From positions 26,618,070 to 26,682,069 of the forward strand of contig NC_057746.1 of NCBI RefSeq assembly GCF_004010195.1: a stretch of 64,000 nt of DNA. The letters are read 5' to 3'. The position numbers and the translations under genes are program-made. How positions within the stretch are numbered: position 1 is the first letter of the stretch; the number at the start of each line of letters is the position of its first letter. The notes under the pieces were generated by a model. The model was given only the letters and a program-made list of their open reading frames with translations, did no database searches and was not told the DNA's origin. The DNA is from Chiloscyllium plagiosum. Lineage: Eukaryota. Shown one piece after another: positions 12,274 to 25,964 of this stretch.

Positions 12274-12903
12274 CTGAAATAAGAATTTAAAATAAATATG
12301 TCAAAATCTTATTCTAAGTATATTGAGGAAAAACTGTTTTTGTGTTATAACAAATAGCATGATTGTAAAAACATATCAGTAATCTGAGGGTTGCATTTCT
12401 GTGGCGTCTTTCATGGTTTCAGGATGTCGCAAAGTGCTTTGCAATGAATAAACTGGTTTTGAAGTGCAGACACTTCTGGAATCCAGTAAACATGACAGAC
12501 AAGCTGCGCTTAGGAAGATTCCACAAACAGCAGTATGATAAATATTAGGTTAATTGGGCTTATATGTGACGTATGATGCTAGATACTAATGACCAGGCAC
12601 AGAAGCCAGCTCCCCTGCAATTACTCGAAATCAAGTCATGGAAACATCTGTATTTACTTGGGATGAGAGGCGAGAAAAAGAAACGGTCACTTGTGTGTAA
12701 CAACACTTCTAGATAAATACATAAAAAATAAATTGGTCTTCCATTCCAACTCATTTTAGATTTAGCTCTCTCCCCACCTCTCCCTAACCTTTCACTGTCG
12801 TCATTGCCCTTAACCATTATTCTGTTTTCAGCATTTCTGAGCTGATGTGTGCCCCAGAGGACCGCTTTTTAAATAGAAATGATTATTCTTAGTTGCCACT
12901 TAC

Positions 12904-13245
12904 GTTTCACTTCCAGTTTGGTTCCATTTCCATGTCTTTTCCCTGCTCCAAAGAAGTTTATATTACAGTAATAGGTGTCCGAGTCTTTCTCAATCAAGTC
13001 GGAGATATTAATGAAGATCCTTTTCTTAGCAAATGAATCACTGCCCGATTTCTGCAGCCGAGCTGTGTAAAAGGGACTATCATCCAATTTGTACTCATCC
13101 GATTTACCCCGCGTCCAGTAAGCTGCACCAACTGGAGATGAAGTTCCTTCAAAGTCTAAAACACAGTTCAGTGTGACAGACTCCCCCTCTGTTACAGTTA
13201 TAAAGGGAGGGAACTGGAAGACAGTGATATTCATCTTCGTACCCA
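12904..13245 (-). CDS. NCR3: Gene A V(J)-type Ig domain exon, NKp30/NCR3-family receptor
   Basis: ttttctttctaccAG...AAAC|GTAAGT, 342 nt, phase 1-1. B-strand Cys (VTLNC), C-strand Trp (GAAYW), DSDTYYC, and joined J-like GxGT (GAGKRHGNGTKLEVK), resembling NKp30 ...VLGLGVGTGNGTRLVV. Family-level call; orthology not established. Confidence 0.85.
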
Positions 13246-13877
13246 CTGGTAGAAAGAAAAGAGACCTTTATATTTACGTACGCACATGTATATATAAAAC
13301 AAATAGGAGGTGTTAGCAATTTAACATATATCCGCCGAAAGTGCATGAAATCTTCATCATATACAATACGGTCTGAACCACGAAGCCAGATGAACAGTTT
13401 GTTGTGCTATCCCGTTTCACTGCCTTATGATCTGAACCAAGAGTTCAAATCATAAAAATGCAACTGCTGATCCATTCTCACGATCCTCTATGCTGACCAT
13501 TTTTCTTTTTGATTATAATTGCTTTCTACTCATGTGGGACAACATTCACCCTTCGTTGCTCGGGGTCCTTGCTCTTAAAGAAATCGCAGCGACTTTCACA
13601 AAGCGGGACAAAAGTGAAGAGAGTTCTGTGCCGACCTGGGGACAGCGAAGCTCCGAATAAGTCAACGGTTTGATTCTGCTCAAATCGCTGACATGAAATC
13701 GCGTGCAATCTGACAACCGGTTGGCATGGACGAGTTGGTCCGAAGGGTCTGCTTCCGTGCTGTACATCACTATGAGTCTATCTGGAAACAAATTCAAGGC
13801 TGTGCAAGGTCGGTGAACATTTGCGCGAACACTCTCCCTTCTCTACTTTATTTTGATTAAGGTGTTCATATATTTAT

Positions 13878-14216
13878 GATGGGGAGGTGCCGGTGTTGGA
13901 CTCGGATGGACAAAGTTAAAGGTCACAACAACACCAGGTTACAGTCCGACAGGTTTACTTGGAAATACAAGGTTTTGGAGCGCTTCTCCTTTCTCAGGTA
14001 GCTAGTGGGGCAGGATCATAGGACACAGAATTTATAGCAAGCTATTTGTAGCTGGTGGGTCAGGATCATAGGACACTGAATTGATAGTTTGCTATAAATT
14101 ATGTGTCCTATGGTCTTGCCCCATTAGATACCTGACGAAAGAGCAGTGCTTCGAAAGCTTGTACTTCCAAATAAATCTATTGGACAACAACCTGGTGTTG
14201 TGTGATTTTTAACTTC
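13878..14216. mobile_element. Penelope-like element remnant (family A), inverted arms with internal tandem duplication
   Basis: Same terminal sequence as 3267-3482 (ggtgttggac...acaccaggtt / aacctggtgttgtgtgatttttaac); degenerate ctgacgaaagagcagtgcttcgaaagct core. Confidence 0.75.
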
Positions 14217-15417
14217 ATGTATTTAAGACGAGCAGGTGATTGCGTTCCCGATAGCTGGCGAGCCCTTAATCTGACAAAGCGGTTATCCTAGGAGATGTGA
14301 CAATGCACGCTGTACTGATATAACACTCTCCAGATCTCGTACTCAAGCACTACTGCTCCCTTACTATTGTTGTTGAAATGTCGAAGCGAGCTCTGAACTT
14401 CAAGGAAATGTAATTCAATTAGAAAACACACACAAGGTGCAGAGTGGTTTGCAAAGAGAAATCAAGACGGCGTTGTGATTTAGGGTAAACAGATCACGGG
14501 AGCAAGGCAATCAGAAGAAGAGCGGGGGCCAGAGTGGATATTAAATAGTGGGGAATACAAAATGAGTATGTTTCATTGGCGTAGGATCGAGTAAAGGGAT
14601 AGTATAGGAGGAACAGAAAGACGGAAGATTGGCAGAAGTTTTGATAAGGGTGAAAATAAGGGAACAAACGAAGTGAGGTGACTGCCACAAATAATGTCTG
14701 TAGTTTTGGGTTGCACCGACAGTGGGTGTTGGCCGGTTGGCGTTCAGGGGAGGTTGGGAGTTGTTAGTAACAACGTGTAAGACGAATAGCTTCGTCCGAC
14801 ATTGTGAAGGCCACTGTTAGAATGCAGATCCACCAGACGGCTGGAAAATGCTGACTTTGCCTGATCGATGATATCAGGTCAGGAGGCTAAGATTATGGGG
14901 AAGTTCAAGGACGATCAAACAGCGCTTGTGCTGAATCCACAATTGCTCAGATATTTAAGCAATCCCCAAGCAGCAATATCTAGACAACACCAAAGCCTGG
15001 GCGAATAATCCTGTAAACAACACAAATGTCAGCGAGGTGTACATCCCTCGAACAGTATGAAAGCAAACGATTACATCATAATTATTGCACGTGCTTGTTA
15101 ATTTAATAAAATCTATGAATTTACATGGCACCTCTTCACATCCTTGAATTATGCAATGTGCTTCAGAATTGAACCTTGCCTTTCAATTATTGTTGAGAAA
15201 TCTAACATGGACGTCAATTCCTGTCAGCAATGCTTCACCAATCGGCTTTAGCTCAATTAAAACATTCGCCAGAAATATCTATAACCCTTCGCCGTAATTT
15301 CGATGCGAAGTAGGACGAGATAATTAAACAGTCGGTCTCCCGTCAAAGTTCCAAGCGGGAGATAGGGAGATTCTGGCAGAAACTCCATCTCTGTGCGTCC
15401 CGACTTTAGGATATAAA

Positions 15418-15768
15418 TGCGGGAGCGGCACAGTTTAGGGCGGCACGGTGGGCTCAATGGTTAGCACTGCTGCCTCACGGCGCCAGGGACCCGGATTCGA
15501 TGGGGCGACTGTCTGTGTGGAGTTTGCACATTCTCCCCGTGTCTGTGTGGGTTTCCTACGGGTACTCCGGCTTCCTCCCACAATCCAAAGATGTGCAGGT
15601 TAGGGTGGATTGACCATGTTAAAGTGCCTAGCGTATTCAGGGATATGCAGGTTAGATGCATTCGTTAGGGGTAAATGTAGAGGAATAGTGTAGGACAATG
15701 GGTCTGGGAGGGTTACTCTTCGGAGGGTCGGTGTGGACCTGTTTCCACAGCGATTCTATGATTCTACG
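15418..15768 (+). mobile_element. HE1-type SINE
   Basis: gcggcacggtgggctcaatggttagcactgctgcctcacggcgccagggacccggattcga head; typical body; tail gattctatgattcta. Confidence 0.85.
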
Positions 15769-15941
15769 AATGTTTCACGTATCAGCCTTCTCTGAGTTGC
15801 AGGCGCTTGACGTTCGCGTTTCTGTGGACATTTCAACCAGTCCAGGTTCTTAGAACACCATTGGTTTGCCTAATATTTGCCAAGCAAAATAACAGTACTT
15901 TCAATTCTCGATTTGGAGCGGCAAATATCAGTGGAACTCAC

Positions 15942-15999
15942 CTGCGCTTCTCGGAAAGCTGATCGACAGCATTAGGACCAGCAGTTGTCGGAAAACCAT
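15942..15999 (-). CDS. Gene A signal-peptide exon MVFRQLLVLMLSISFPRSA
   Basis: agagcATGG start; 19 codons + G then GTGAGT donor (phase 1, matches V exon); hydrophobic core. Possible acceptor tttctctcgccttctAG at 16038-16039 upstream. Confidence 0.8.
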
Positions 16000-17159
16000 G
16001 CTCTCTGAATTTGTGAGGAGGTTGCAGATAAGTGAATCTAGAAGGCGAGAGAAACACATTATTAATCGTTCTCGAAGCGTGAATGGAATTATTTGTGGTC
16101 TCCACGTAGATCACACAGGATGTGCAATTCGTGGCTGCAACTGAATCGCGTCGCCTTTAAAGCCATCTCCTTTAGAGTTCTGGAATTGGAGATAAACATA
16201 TTGATGACAGTGTTCGATAAGTCGGAAACGCAGACCATGAAACAAGACAACTACCCACAGGTCTTGTAGGTGTGATATTATGTTTAGGTCGTGGAGAGTC
16301 CCTACCCGCCAGCTGCATATTTCTCCGTTACGATGGCCTTGATAATGCACAAAGGGGATGAAAGAAAGGACGGGTTCCCTTAAAGAGGGGACCAAAAGTT
16401 TCCATTCACCTAATCGTGGTCCTGTGATTCCAGCCACAATGGTAACCAAGACTCAGGGATGTGCAGGCCAGATGGATGGTAAATGCAATTTCCAGGGATA
16501 GTGTGGGGACTTGGCCTGGGTGGGTTGCACTTCAGAGGATCGGTGCAGATTCGATGGGCCGGATGACTTCTACCTACATTGTAGGAACTCTATGTTTCTA
16601 TGCAATGTTTACGGTTATTGCTATCGTCAACATTTAGCCAGCAGCCCAGGCCCTGAGCGAAGGTTTGCAGGTTATTGGCACCTGCGCTCAATGAGCTAAT
16701 CGGCGCGACAGTCAGCATTCATGACCCTTCATCAGGCGGTAGTGAACTCCCCCCACCACGCCGCCCTCAGGCGATCAAGGTTAGTGCTCTGGCATTGAAG
16801 GCGCCGCGTTTCGGGAGAAGCGTTGAACAGCGGATTGGTAGTTTGTTCAAAATGTCTGTCCGGCGGTGAAAGTGCTTTCCGCAGTCTTGCGAGGCGCTGC
16901 ATAATCCTTTGCGTTTACTTTAAACGTTCGATCACTTCGTTTCAAACTACAATCCGCAGGGAGTCACGTTGCTTGTTGATGTGTGTTGAGATTGAACGTA
17001 GATTTTATGCTGGTTATGCACATATTCTCCGAGATCAATTTAAACAATTAATGATCTTTATCTGCATGCGAATCATCCGTAGAGCCCAACCGTTCATGTT
17101 AGTTATATTTGTTAATCTAACTTGATTGAAAAGGACGGATGAATGACAAATGCAATTAA

Positions 17160-19922
17160 GGAAGGAATGTCTTACGAGGAAAGGCTGAGGGACTTGAGGC
17201 TGTTTTCGTTAGAGTGAAGAAGGTTGAGAGGTGACTTAATTGAGACATATAAAATAATCAGAGGGTTAGATAAGTTAGACAGTGAGACCCTTTTTCCTCG
17301 GATGGCAGTGGCTAGCAGGAGTGGACATAGCTTAAAATTGAGGAGTGACAGATATAGGACAGATGTTAGAGGTAATTTCTTTACTCAGAGAGGGTAGGGG
17401 CGTGGAACGCACTGCCGGCAACAGCAGTCAGCATGTGGATGTACCTACTAGAGAAGGTGCAAAACCTGACCTACTTTTGGGAAATAAGGCAGGGCAGGTG
17501 ACTGAGGTGTCAGTGGGGGAGCACTCTGGGACCATAGTTCTATTAGATTTAAAATAGTGATAGAAAAGGATGGACCAGATCTAAACGTTGAAGTTCTAAA
17601 TTGGAGAAAGACAAGATTTGACGGTATTAGGCAAGAACTTTTAAAAGCTGATTGGGGGCAGATGTTCGCAGGTAAAGGGATGGCTGGAAAATGGGAAGCC
17701 TTCAGAAATGAGATAACGAGAATCGAAAGGAAGTATATTCCTGTCAGGGTGAAAGTAAAGGGTGGTAGGTGTAGGGAATGCTGGATGACAGAAGAAATTT
17801 AGGGTTTGATTAAGAAAAAGAAGCAAGCATATGTAAGGTATAGATCGAGTGAATCCTTAGAAGGCAGTAGGAGTATACTTAAGAGGGAAATCAGAGGGCA
17901 AAAAAGGGGACATGAGAGGGCTTTGATAAATAGGGTTAAGGAGAATCTAAAGGGTTTTTACAAATACATTAAGGACAAAAGGGTAACTAGGGAGAGGATA
18001 GGGCCACTAAAAGGTCAGCAAGGTGGCCTTTGTGTGGAGCCGCCAGAAAATGGGGGAGATACTAAACGAGGGGTTTGCAACAGTATTTATTGTGGAAAAG
18101 GACATGTAAGATATAGAAAGTAGGCAAATAGATGGTGACACCTTGCAAAATGTCCAAATTACAGACGAGGAAGTGTTGGATGTCTTGAAGCGCATTAAGG
18201 TGGATAAATCTCCAGGACCTGATCAGGTGTAGCCTAGAAGTGATTGCTGGGCCTTTTGCTGAGATATTTGCATCATCGCTAGTCACAGGTGAGGTGCCAG
18301 AAGACTGGAGGTTGGCTAACGTGGTGCCACTGTTTAAGAAGGGTGGTAAGGACAAGCCAGAGAACTATAGACCAGTGAGCCTGACGTTGGTGAATGGCAA
18401 GTTGTTGGAGGGAATCCTAAGAGACAGCATGTACATGTATTTGGAAAGACAAGGACTGATGAGGGATAGTCAACATGGCTTTGTGCGTGGGAAATCATAT
18501 CTCAAAAGTTTGATTGAGTTTTTTTGAAAAAGTAACGAAGTGGATTGATGAGGGCAGAGCGGTAGATGTGATCTATATGGACTTCAGTAAGGCGTTTGAC
18601 AAGGTTCCTCATGGGAGACTGATTAGCCAGGTTAGATCTCACAGAAGACAGGGAGAACTAGCCATTTGGATACAGAACTGGCTCAAAGGTAGAAGACAGA
18701 GGGTAGTGGTGGAGAGTTGTTTTTCTGACTGGAGGAATGCGACCAATGGAGTGCCACAAAGATTGGTACTGGGTCCTCTACATTTTGTCATTTACTTAAA
18801 TGATTTGGATAAGAGCATGAGAGGTACAGTTAGTAAGTTTGCAGATGACACCAAAATTGGAGGTGTAGTGGACAGCGAAGAAGGTTACCTCAAATTACAA
18901 CAGGATCTTGACCAGATGGGCCAATGGGCAGAGAAGTGGCAGATGGAATTTAATTCAGATAAATGTGAGGTGCTGCATTTTGGGAAAGCAAATATTAGCA
19001 GGACTTATACACTTAACGGTAAGTTCCTAGAGAGTGTTGCCGAACAAAGAGACCTTGGAGTCCAGGTTCATAGCTCCTTGAAAGTGGAGTTGCAGGTAGA
19101 TAAAATAGTGAAGAAGGCGTTTGGTATGCTTTCTTTTATTGGTCAGAGTTTTGAGTACAGGAGTTGGGAGGTCATGATGCGGCTGTACAGGACATTGGTT
19201 AGGCCACTGTTGGAATATTATGTGCAATTCTGGTCTCCTTCACATCGGAAAGATGTTGTGAAACTTGAAAGCGTTCAGAAAAGATTTACAAGGATGTTGC
19301 CAAATTTGGAGGATTTGAGTTATAGGGAGAGGCGGGGACTGTTTTCCCTAGAGCGTCAGAGGCTGAGGGGTGACCTTATAGAGGTTTACAAAATTATGAG
19401 GGGCATGGATAGGGTAAGGAGACAAAGTCTTTTCCCTGGGGTCGGGGAGTCTAGAACTAGAGGGCATAGGTTTAGGGTGAGGGGGGAAAGACATAAAAGA
19501 GACGTACGAGGCAGCGTTTTCACACAGAGGGTGGTATGTTTATGGAATGAGCTGCCAGAGGAAGTGGTGGAGGCGAGTACAATTGCAACATTTAAGAGGC
19601 ATTTGGATGGGCATATGAATAGGAAGGATTTGGAGGGATATGGTGCCAGGTGCTGGCAGGTGGGACTAGATTGGGTTGGGATATCTGATTGGCATGGACG
19701 GGTTAGACTGAAGAGTCTGTTTCCATGCTGTACATCTCTATGACTCTATGATTGTATGAGTAGAAAAGTCACTAACTTTAAGGACACTTAAATGGTCATT
19801 GGTTAGGCATATGGGACGAGAATGGAATAGTGTAGGTTAGATGGGTTTCAGATTTGTTTCACAGTTCAGTGCAGCATCGAGGACTGAGGGGCCTGTACTG
19901 CGCTGTAATGTTCTATGTTCTA
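17160..19922 (+). mobile_element. CR1 3' fragment (second subfamily) split by a younger CR1 insertion
   Basis: 17160-17427 (gaggaaaggctgagg...gcgtggaacgcactgcc) resumes at ~19758-19922 and ends in a (ttctatg)n tail. Confidence 0.7.
17428..19755 (+). mobile_element. 5'-truncated CR1 LINE including a 409-aa open RT/C-terminal segment (18514-19743)
   Basis: YMDFSKAFDKVPH, FADDTKIGG, WQMEFN, LEYYVQFWSP motifs; upstream part frameshifted. Retroelement, not a host gene. Confidence 0.93.
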
Positions 19923-19924
19923 TT

Positions 19925-21860
19925 AGTGGTAAACTAGGGGATTGAGAATGTTTAAAACTTGACAAAAGATGACCAGAAAATGGAGAAAATAAACTTTTAG
20001 GGTATACTTGCAAGTAATATCAGGATGGTCAGGAAAACATTTCTTTAGATTTCTGATAGAAGCCAAACTGAACACGTCATTGACATAATAAACCTGGGGA
20101 AAGAATAATGAGGAACAAGGAAGTGGTGAGTGGGTTGAATGAAAAATAAACTTTGCATCAGGTCTTCACAGTGGAAGACACAAGCAGCACTCCACAATGA
20201 AGAACTATTTAAGGGGTAAAAGGATGAGAGGAAATACATCACCAGAGAAGAAAGTGCTAGGGCAATTAACCAGTCTTAAAGCAGATAAGATTCCCAGACA
20301 TGATGCAATGCACCTTAATATATTAAATGATCACACAACCCCAGGTGTTGTGTGATTTTTAACTTTTTCCACCATAGTCCAACACTGGCACCTCCAAATC
20401 ATATATTAAATGAAATAGCTAGAGAGATAATGGATGCACTGGTAATAAACTTACAGGAATCCTTAGATTCTGGAAACGTCTCAGAGATGGTAAAACTGTC
20501 AATGTAAAATCTATATTTAAAAATGGAAGGGCACAAAAAAATACCACATGGAACTGTACACCAGTTAGCCTAACGTCTGTGTTGTGAAAACCTCTAAAGT
20601 CAATGACAAAGTATGCAGTAGGATAGCATTTACAAATACATAACGCTGTCAAGCAGAGTCAGTATAGCTTAATGAAGGGAAAATCATGCCTGACAATTTT
20701 ACTGGAATTGTTTGATGAGGTATCATGCAGAATAGATAGAGGTGGTGCAGTGAGTGTAATATATTTGGATTTTCAGACGGCGATTGATAATATATTACAC
20801 ATTAGGGTAATAAGATAAGAACCTATGGTGCTCAAGATGGTCTATTAGCATGGACAGAGGTTCAGTAAATAATAGAAGGCAGAGTTGAGGTAAGGGGGGC
20901 ATTTTGGCATTGTGACCTGTTGTGAGCTAGTTGTGTGCCACAAGAATTATTGCTGGGACCACTGTTATTTACAATATATATTAGTGACTTGGATGAGGAA
21001 AGTGAATGTATTAGCGCTAATTTTGCGGATGACACAAAAATAGGTAGGAAGGCAAGTGGTGAGGATGACATAAAGAGTTTTCATAAGTATATAGAGATGT
21101 TAGGAGAGGGCAAAAACTGGGAAGATACAATGTAATGTGGGAAAATGTGAGATTTTGGCAGGTAGAACAGAGTAGGAGCTGAATATTACTTCAATGGAGA
21201 AACACTGTAGAGAGCTACTGAACAGAGACATTTGGGTATCCTCATCCATGAATCACAAAAAAACTAGCATCCAAATTCAGTGGGTATTGGGAAGGTAAAC
21301 AGAACGTCCATTTTTATTTCAAAGAGAATATAATATAAAAATAAAACGATATTAAAAAACAGCTAGAATTATGCAGAGTTATGGAAAAAATATACAGTAC
21401 TGGCATTGAAGGCAGCTCACATCAGGCTCACTAGACTGATACTTGGCCTGGAGGGATTAACTTTTGGGAAAAGGTGGTGTAGATTTGGTCTGTAATTGTT
21501 AGGAAAACATCTAAGAGTCCTAGGGGACTTGACAGGATAGACGCAGAAAAGTCATTTCCATTGTGAGTGAATCTAGGATAAGAGGGCATACTATCAGAAT
21601 AAGGAGTCGCACATTTAGACTAAGATGAGAAGGAATTGCTTTTTTTCAAGGGTAATGAATCTGCGAATTCTTAGCTGCAGAGGGCTGTTAACATTAGATT
21701 ATTAAGTATATTCAAGTGTGAGCTAGATTTTTAACCAGTAAGGGAATCGAAGTCTATGGAGAAAGCACAGGAAAATGGAGTTGAGGATTATCTGATGATC
21801 TTATAAACCGTTATCTCTTTGACATGCGGAGCCGACTCGATGGGATGAATGACCTACTTC
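19925..21860 (+). mobile_element. Old CR1 LINE fragment (with small PLE family A piece at ~20329-20400)
   Basis: ORF 20935-21135 LLGPLLFTIYISDLD...FADDTKIG plus decayed flanking ORF2 and 3' UTR. Confidence 0.75.
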
Positions 21861-22849
21861 AGCCGAGAGAGATTTATCTTTTCACTAAAGTCTCGTATAG
21901 TCTGGTGACCTTGGTGAGAAGTCTCCAGCTAAAAATAGATTCCCACTGAAACAAAGTCCGCCGAGCGCTTTACAGAGTTAGCTAATGTTAGCTATGTTGA
22001 TTGAACATAAGGATCTCACCTATAAGTTTTATTATTACCAGAAAGAGTAAAACAGTTCCTTTTTGTGTGTAATCGAAACAAAACACACGGTAAGAACGAG
22101 TCTATCTACAAATTTTCAGGAATAAAACTAATAGCGCATTTGATTAGTTTAATAATGAAATGAATATTTGGCTCAGTAGATTCTTTGGAAAGCAGTTAAG
22201 AAAATGTATCATAACCTGACTTTGTAATTCTGATTACGCTTCCTTGACAACTTGATCGGCAATTATAGACAATGTTCTCAATTCTCTGTTTACTGAACGT
22301 ATTTAAACCAATTTCGTGTTTGGAGAAACGTCCGTTGGTAATGTCAGTTGACCTGTAATCCAGTGTCATCCTCCAAGTAGTCCCATAGCAGTTTCGATTA
22401 TATCCATTGAACCTGGAAATATTTATAGAGTCAGTGATGGTGCAACCAATTGTTGTAAAGCAGAACCCTACCGGAATGACTGATATGTTAAGGGAGGCAA
22501 ATTATCTTAAATGTACTCTTAACTGCCATATAGGTAAGCTAGCAAAACATTTGGTTTCAGACCACTTAGGAATTGGAAATGCTTGTGAAAATATGTTCGC
22601 TTCTTGTTAAAATTAGCATTATAAGGGGACGGGACAGGCAAAAAGAAACTTAAGTAGAAAGAAACACAATTTATTTTTGAAGGGACATTTAATTCAGGCA
22701 TTAGCCTCATGCTTGGCTCTGAGATTTTAACGTACAGAATAAATACTTAGCATTACATCACGAATAGAGTGTTCAGTGTAATGCTGAATATGCATTTTGT
22801 GGTAGAAACTCTGAAGGACATCTAAAGTTGCATCTCAGATTAGTGAGAT

Positions 22850-24780
22850 AGAATATAGAACATAGAACAATACAGCACGGGAACAGGTCCATCAGCCAAC
22901 TATGCCTATGATGACCTTGATGCTATTAGAGTCATAGAGATGTACAGCATTGGAACAGACTCTTCCATTCAATGCATCCATGCTGATCAGATATCGCAAA
23001 CAAATGTTGTCCCCTTTGACCTATATCCTCTAAACCCTTCCTATTCTATACCCATCCAGATGACTTTTAATGTTACAATTTTACCAGCGTCCAACACTTC
23101 CTCTGGCAGCTCATTCCATACACGCACCACCTTCTGCTTGAAAACGCTGCCCCTTACGTCCCTTTTAAATCTTTCCCCCCTAAACTAATTCAATCTGCCT
23201 GCACATGGCTTGTATCCCCCGATTCACTTTGTCGATCTAATTTCCTCCCCTGGCAGTGCATTCCAGGCACCTCATACTCTTTTGTAAAAAATACTTTTCT
23301 CACACATCTCTTTTAAACGTTCTCCCTCTCACCTTAAACTTATGCCCCTAGTATTTGACGCTCGAAGAAAGATGTCGACTATCCACCCTATCCTTGTCTC
23401 ACTTAATTTAATACACTTCTGTTAGGGAACGCCTCAACTTTTGATGCGATAGTGAAAAAAAATCCAAGTTTGTCCAACTTTCCCTTATAACTAATACAAT
23501 CCAGTCCAGGTAACTGGTAAAATTATTGCACCATCTCCAAAGCCTCCACATCCTTCCTATAGTGTGTATAGAGTATACCAAATCCGTCTGACCAAAGTTA
23601 TATACAGATGCAACCTGACTTGCCAACCTTTATATACAATGGCCCAACCAATGAAGGTGAGAATGCTATTTGCCTTCCTTATCACTTTATCCACTTCTGT
23701 TGTCACCTTCAAGGAGCTCTGGACATGGGCCACAATATCCCTCTCCATATCAATGCTTCTGGGTGTCCTGCCACGTACGTAATCTTTCCACCTGCATTTG
23801 ACCTCCCAAAATTCATCACATCACGCTCGTTGAGATTAAATACTATCTGCCATTTCTCCATCCAATTTTTGAACTAAATCCATATCCTTCTGCATCCATT
23901 ACAATCCTTCATGACTAAACACAACTCTATCAATTCTTGCATCATCTGCAAGTTTAATAATCAGACTAAGGGCATTTCATTCAAATCATTTGTATATGGA
24001 TGTAGATTTGATCCCTGAGCTGGAAGGTTCATTTTCAGACATTTCGTCACCTTACTAGGTAATATCTTCAGTGAACCTCCAGACGACGCACTGCTGATGA
24101 TTCTTGCTTTCTATTTATATGTTTGGGTTTGTTTGGATTAGTGAAGGCATTTCCTGTGGTGATGTCATTTCCTGTTCTTTTTCACAGGGTGTGGTAAATG
24201 GGGTCCAAATCAATGTGTTTGGTGATAGAGTTCTAGTTGAAATTCTAGAAGCATGGCATTCCAACGCTATCAACAAACCCATTGACTCGGACCAGTAATT
24301 ATCAGCAGTGCCTCGTCCAGAGGCTCACTGAAGATGTTACCTAGTATGGTGATGAAACGTCTGAAAATGAATCTTCCAGCTCAACGAGCAAACCTACATC
24401 CAGACCCTCAACCTGAGTTACAAATCTTCCCAAAACTCGCTCATTTATATATACTACAAACAACAGAGGTCCCAGAACTGATCGTTGTGGAACACCACAG
24501 GTCACTTGTCTCCAGTCAGAAAAGTACCAGTCCAAACCTGTCTTCTATGACGAAGCCAATTTTGCATCAAACTTGCTTACTCACTATGCAACTCATGCAA
24601 ATTGATCTTCTGGACCAGCCTACCATGAGGAACCTTGACAAATGCTTTAGTCAAGTCCACGTATGCCTTATCTTCACTAATCATCTTCGCCACTTACTCA
24701 AAAAACTCAATCAAGTTAATGAAATACACCTCCCTGCATACAATCATGATGACTATGATCTCTGTTTCCAAAATGCTCCC
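22850..24780 (-). mobile_element. Nested CR1 fragments (minus)
   Basis: 3' tails atagaacatagaac at ~22850 and tagagtcatagag at ~22928; RT pieces such as 24341-24535 GVPQRSVLGPLLFVVYIN. Confidence 0.8.
23998..24440. mobile_element. Penelope-like element remnant (family C) with GIY-YIG C-terminal remnant and inverted ends
   Basis: Inverted ends (ggatgtagatttg...caaacctacatcc). Peptide EILEAWHSNAINKPID typical of PLE endonuclease C-termini. TSD tcatttgtatat (23986-23997) / tcatttatatat (24441-24452). Hammerhead motif 24325-24364. Confidence 0.75.
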
Positions 24781-25624
24781 TCACTGGAACTTCGATTAGC
24801 TAGTTAAGCTCATTCTGCACTGGAAGATCTGATATGGTCCTTTCCCTCATTGTACAATCTACTTGTTATTTCGAGAATCCATCTTGGATGAACCCAACAA
24901 ATTCTCGCTTATCTAAGCTCCAGGCATTGGGGCAGTGCCTGTGAACATTTGGGAAATAAAAATTGCCCACGAAACCAATCCTGTTGTTTTTACATTTTTT
25001 CGTGATTTGCTAACATATCTTTTCCTCTAATTTCCACTGCTGTTAGGGGGCCGAGTATGATCCGTTCGAGTGATGACAGCTTTCTTATCACTAACTTCTA
25101 CCAAGTTGCATGGTTGGATGAGTCCTGCAAGATGTCCTGGCAATACTGTTGTGACATTCTCCTTAATCAGCAATGCAATTCATCCATGCCTTTAAGATCC
25201 CTCTCTAACATGCCTGACATGTCTAGATTCTGAAACGTTTAACTGTGAGCCTTGCCCTCCTTTCAACTAGCCTTCTGTAATGGCTACCATATATATCAGA
25301 TGCATAAAGAATGAGACAACATCGTCATGGAATGAGATTGCAACAGACCTGCACTCACTGCGGTATGCAATATTAAGGGAATTTTAAAAAGTATAGCAAA
25401 TTTGCCTGCTATGTTTTAGAATAACGTAGGAAATGCTTTCTTTTAAAGTAAAACCAAAGATATTTGTGTTTTTGCTTGATGGAACTAGGGAATAGTACAG
25501 TTAAATAAAGTAATGTTAGGTCTTGTTATGAGATTAAAAACTAATTTACGATTAATTAGTTATATTTATGGTACAATCAAGTTTTGCGTTTGAATATTTC
25601 CAAATAACAAGACTATACATGTGA

Positions 25625-25810
25625 TCCTAGAATAAACTGGAAATGCTGGAGATATGAAGCACAAAAAACCAAAAATTGTTGAAAACTCAGCAGGTCTGGC
25701 AGTAGCCGTGAGAGAAAACAATGTTAATGTTTCGAGTTCATTGATCCTTGAAGAGATCAGGTGTTGCCAGATCTGCTGATTTTCTCCAGCATTTTCTATC
25801 TTTGTGGTTT
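25625..25810. mobile_element. Decayed PLE-type terminal remnant (family D)
   Basis: aaatgctgg...ctcagcaggtctggcag...gtttcgag with inverted tgccagatctgctga...ccagcattttc; related pieces at ~31745-31840, ~41100-41250, ~47670-47880. Confidence 0.55.
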
Positions 25811-25964
25811 TTTTTTGGTGTTATCAATTAATTTAATGACGTGGCTTCAGGAATAGACATTGTAAAGTATTATAATCAAACGTTGAAGTACTGAATGAGA
25901 CATTTTACTTGCAATTAAAGCAGCCAATGTGTTATTGATTTAATTCCAGATTTGAAGAACTTGA

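Noticed and set aside
15437-15500. tRNA-like sequences at SINE heads as tRNA genes
   Set aside because: A/B boxes are followed by the HE1 body and CR1-like tail; no complete cloverleaf.
16094-16099. RUNX-like TGTGGT about 100 bp upstream of both ATGs (also 49509-49514)
   Set aside because: A 6-mer occurs too often by chance and the TSSs are unknown.
18514-19743. Longest ORF (409 aa) as a host or domesticated gene
   Set aside because: Ordinary CR1 ORF2 RT segment; its upstream part is frameshifted and it runs into the CR1 3' UTR.
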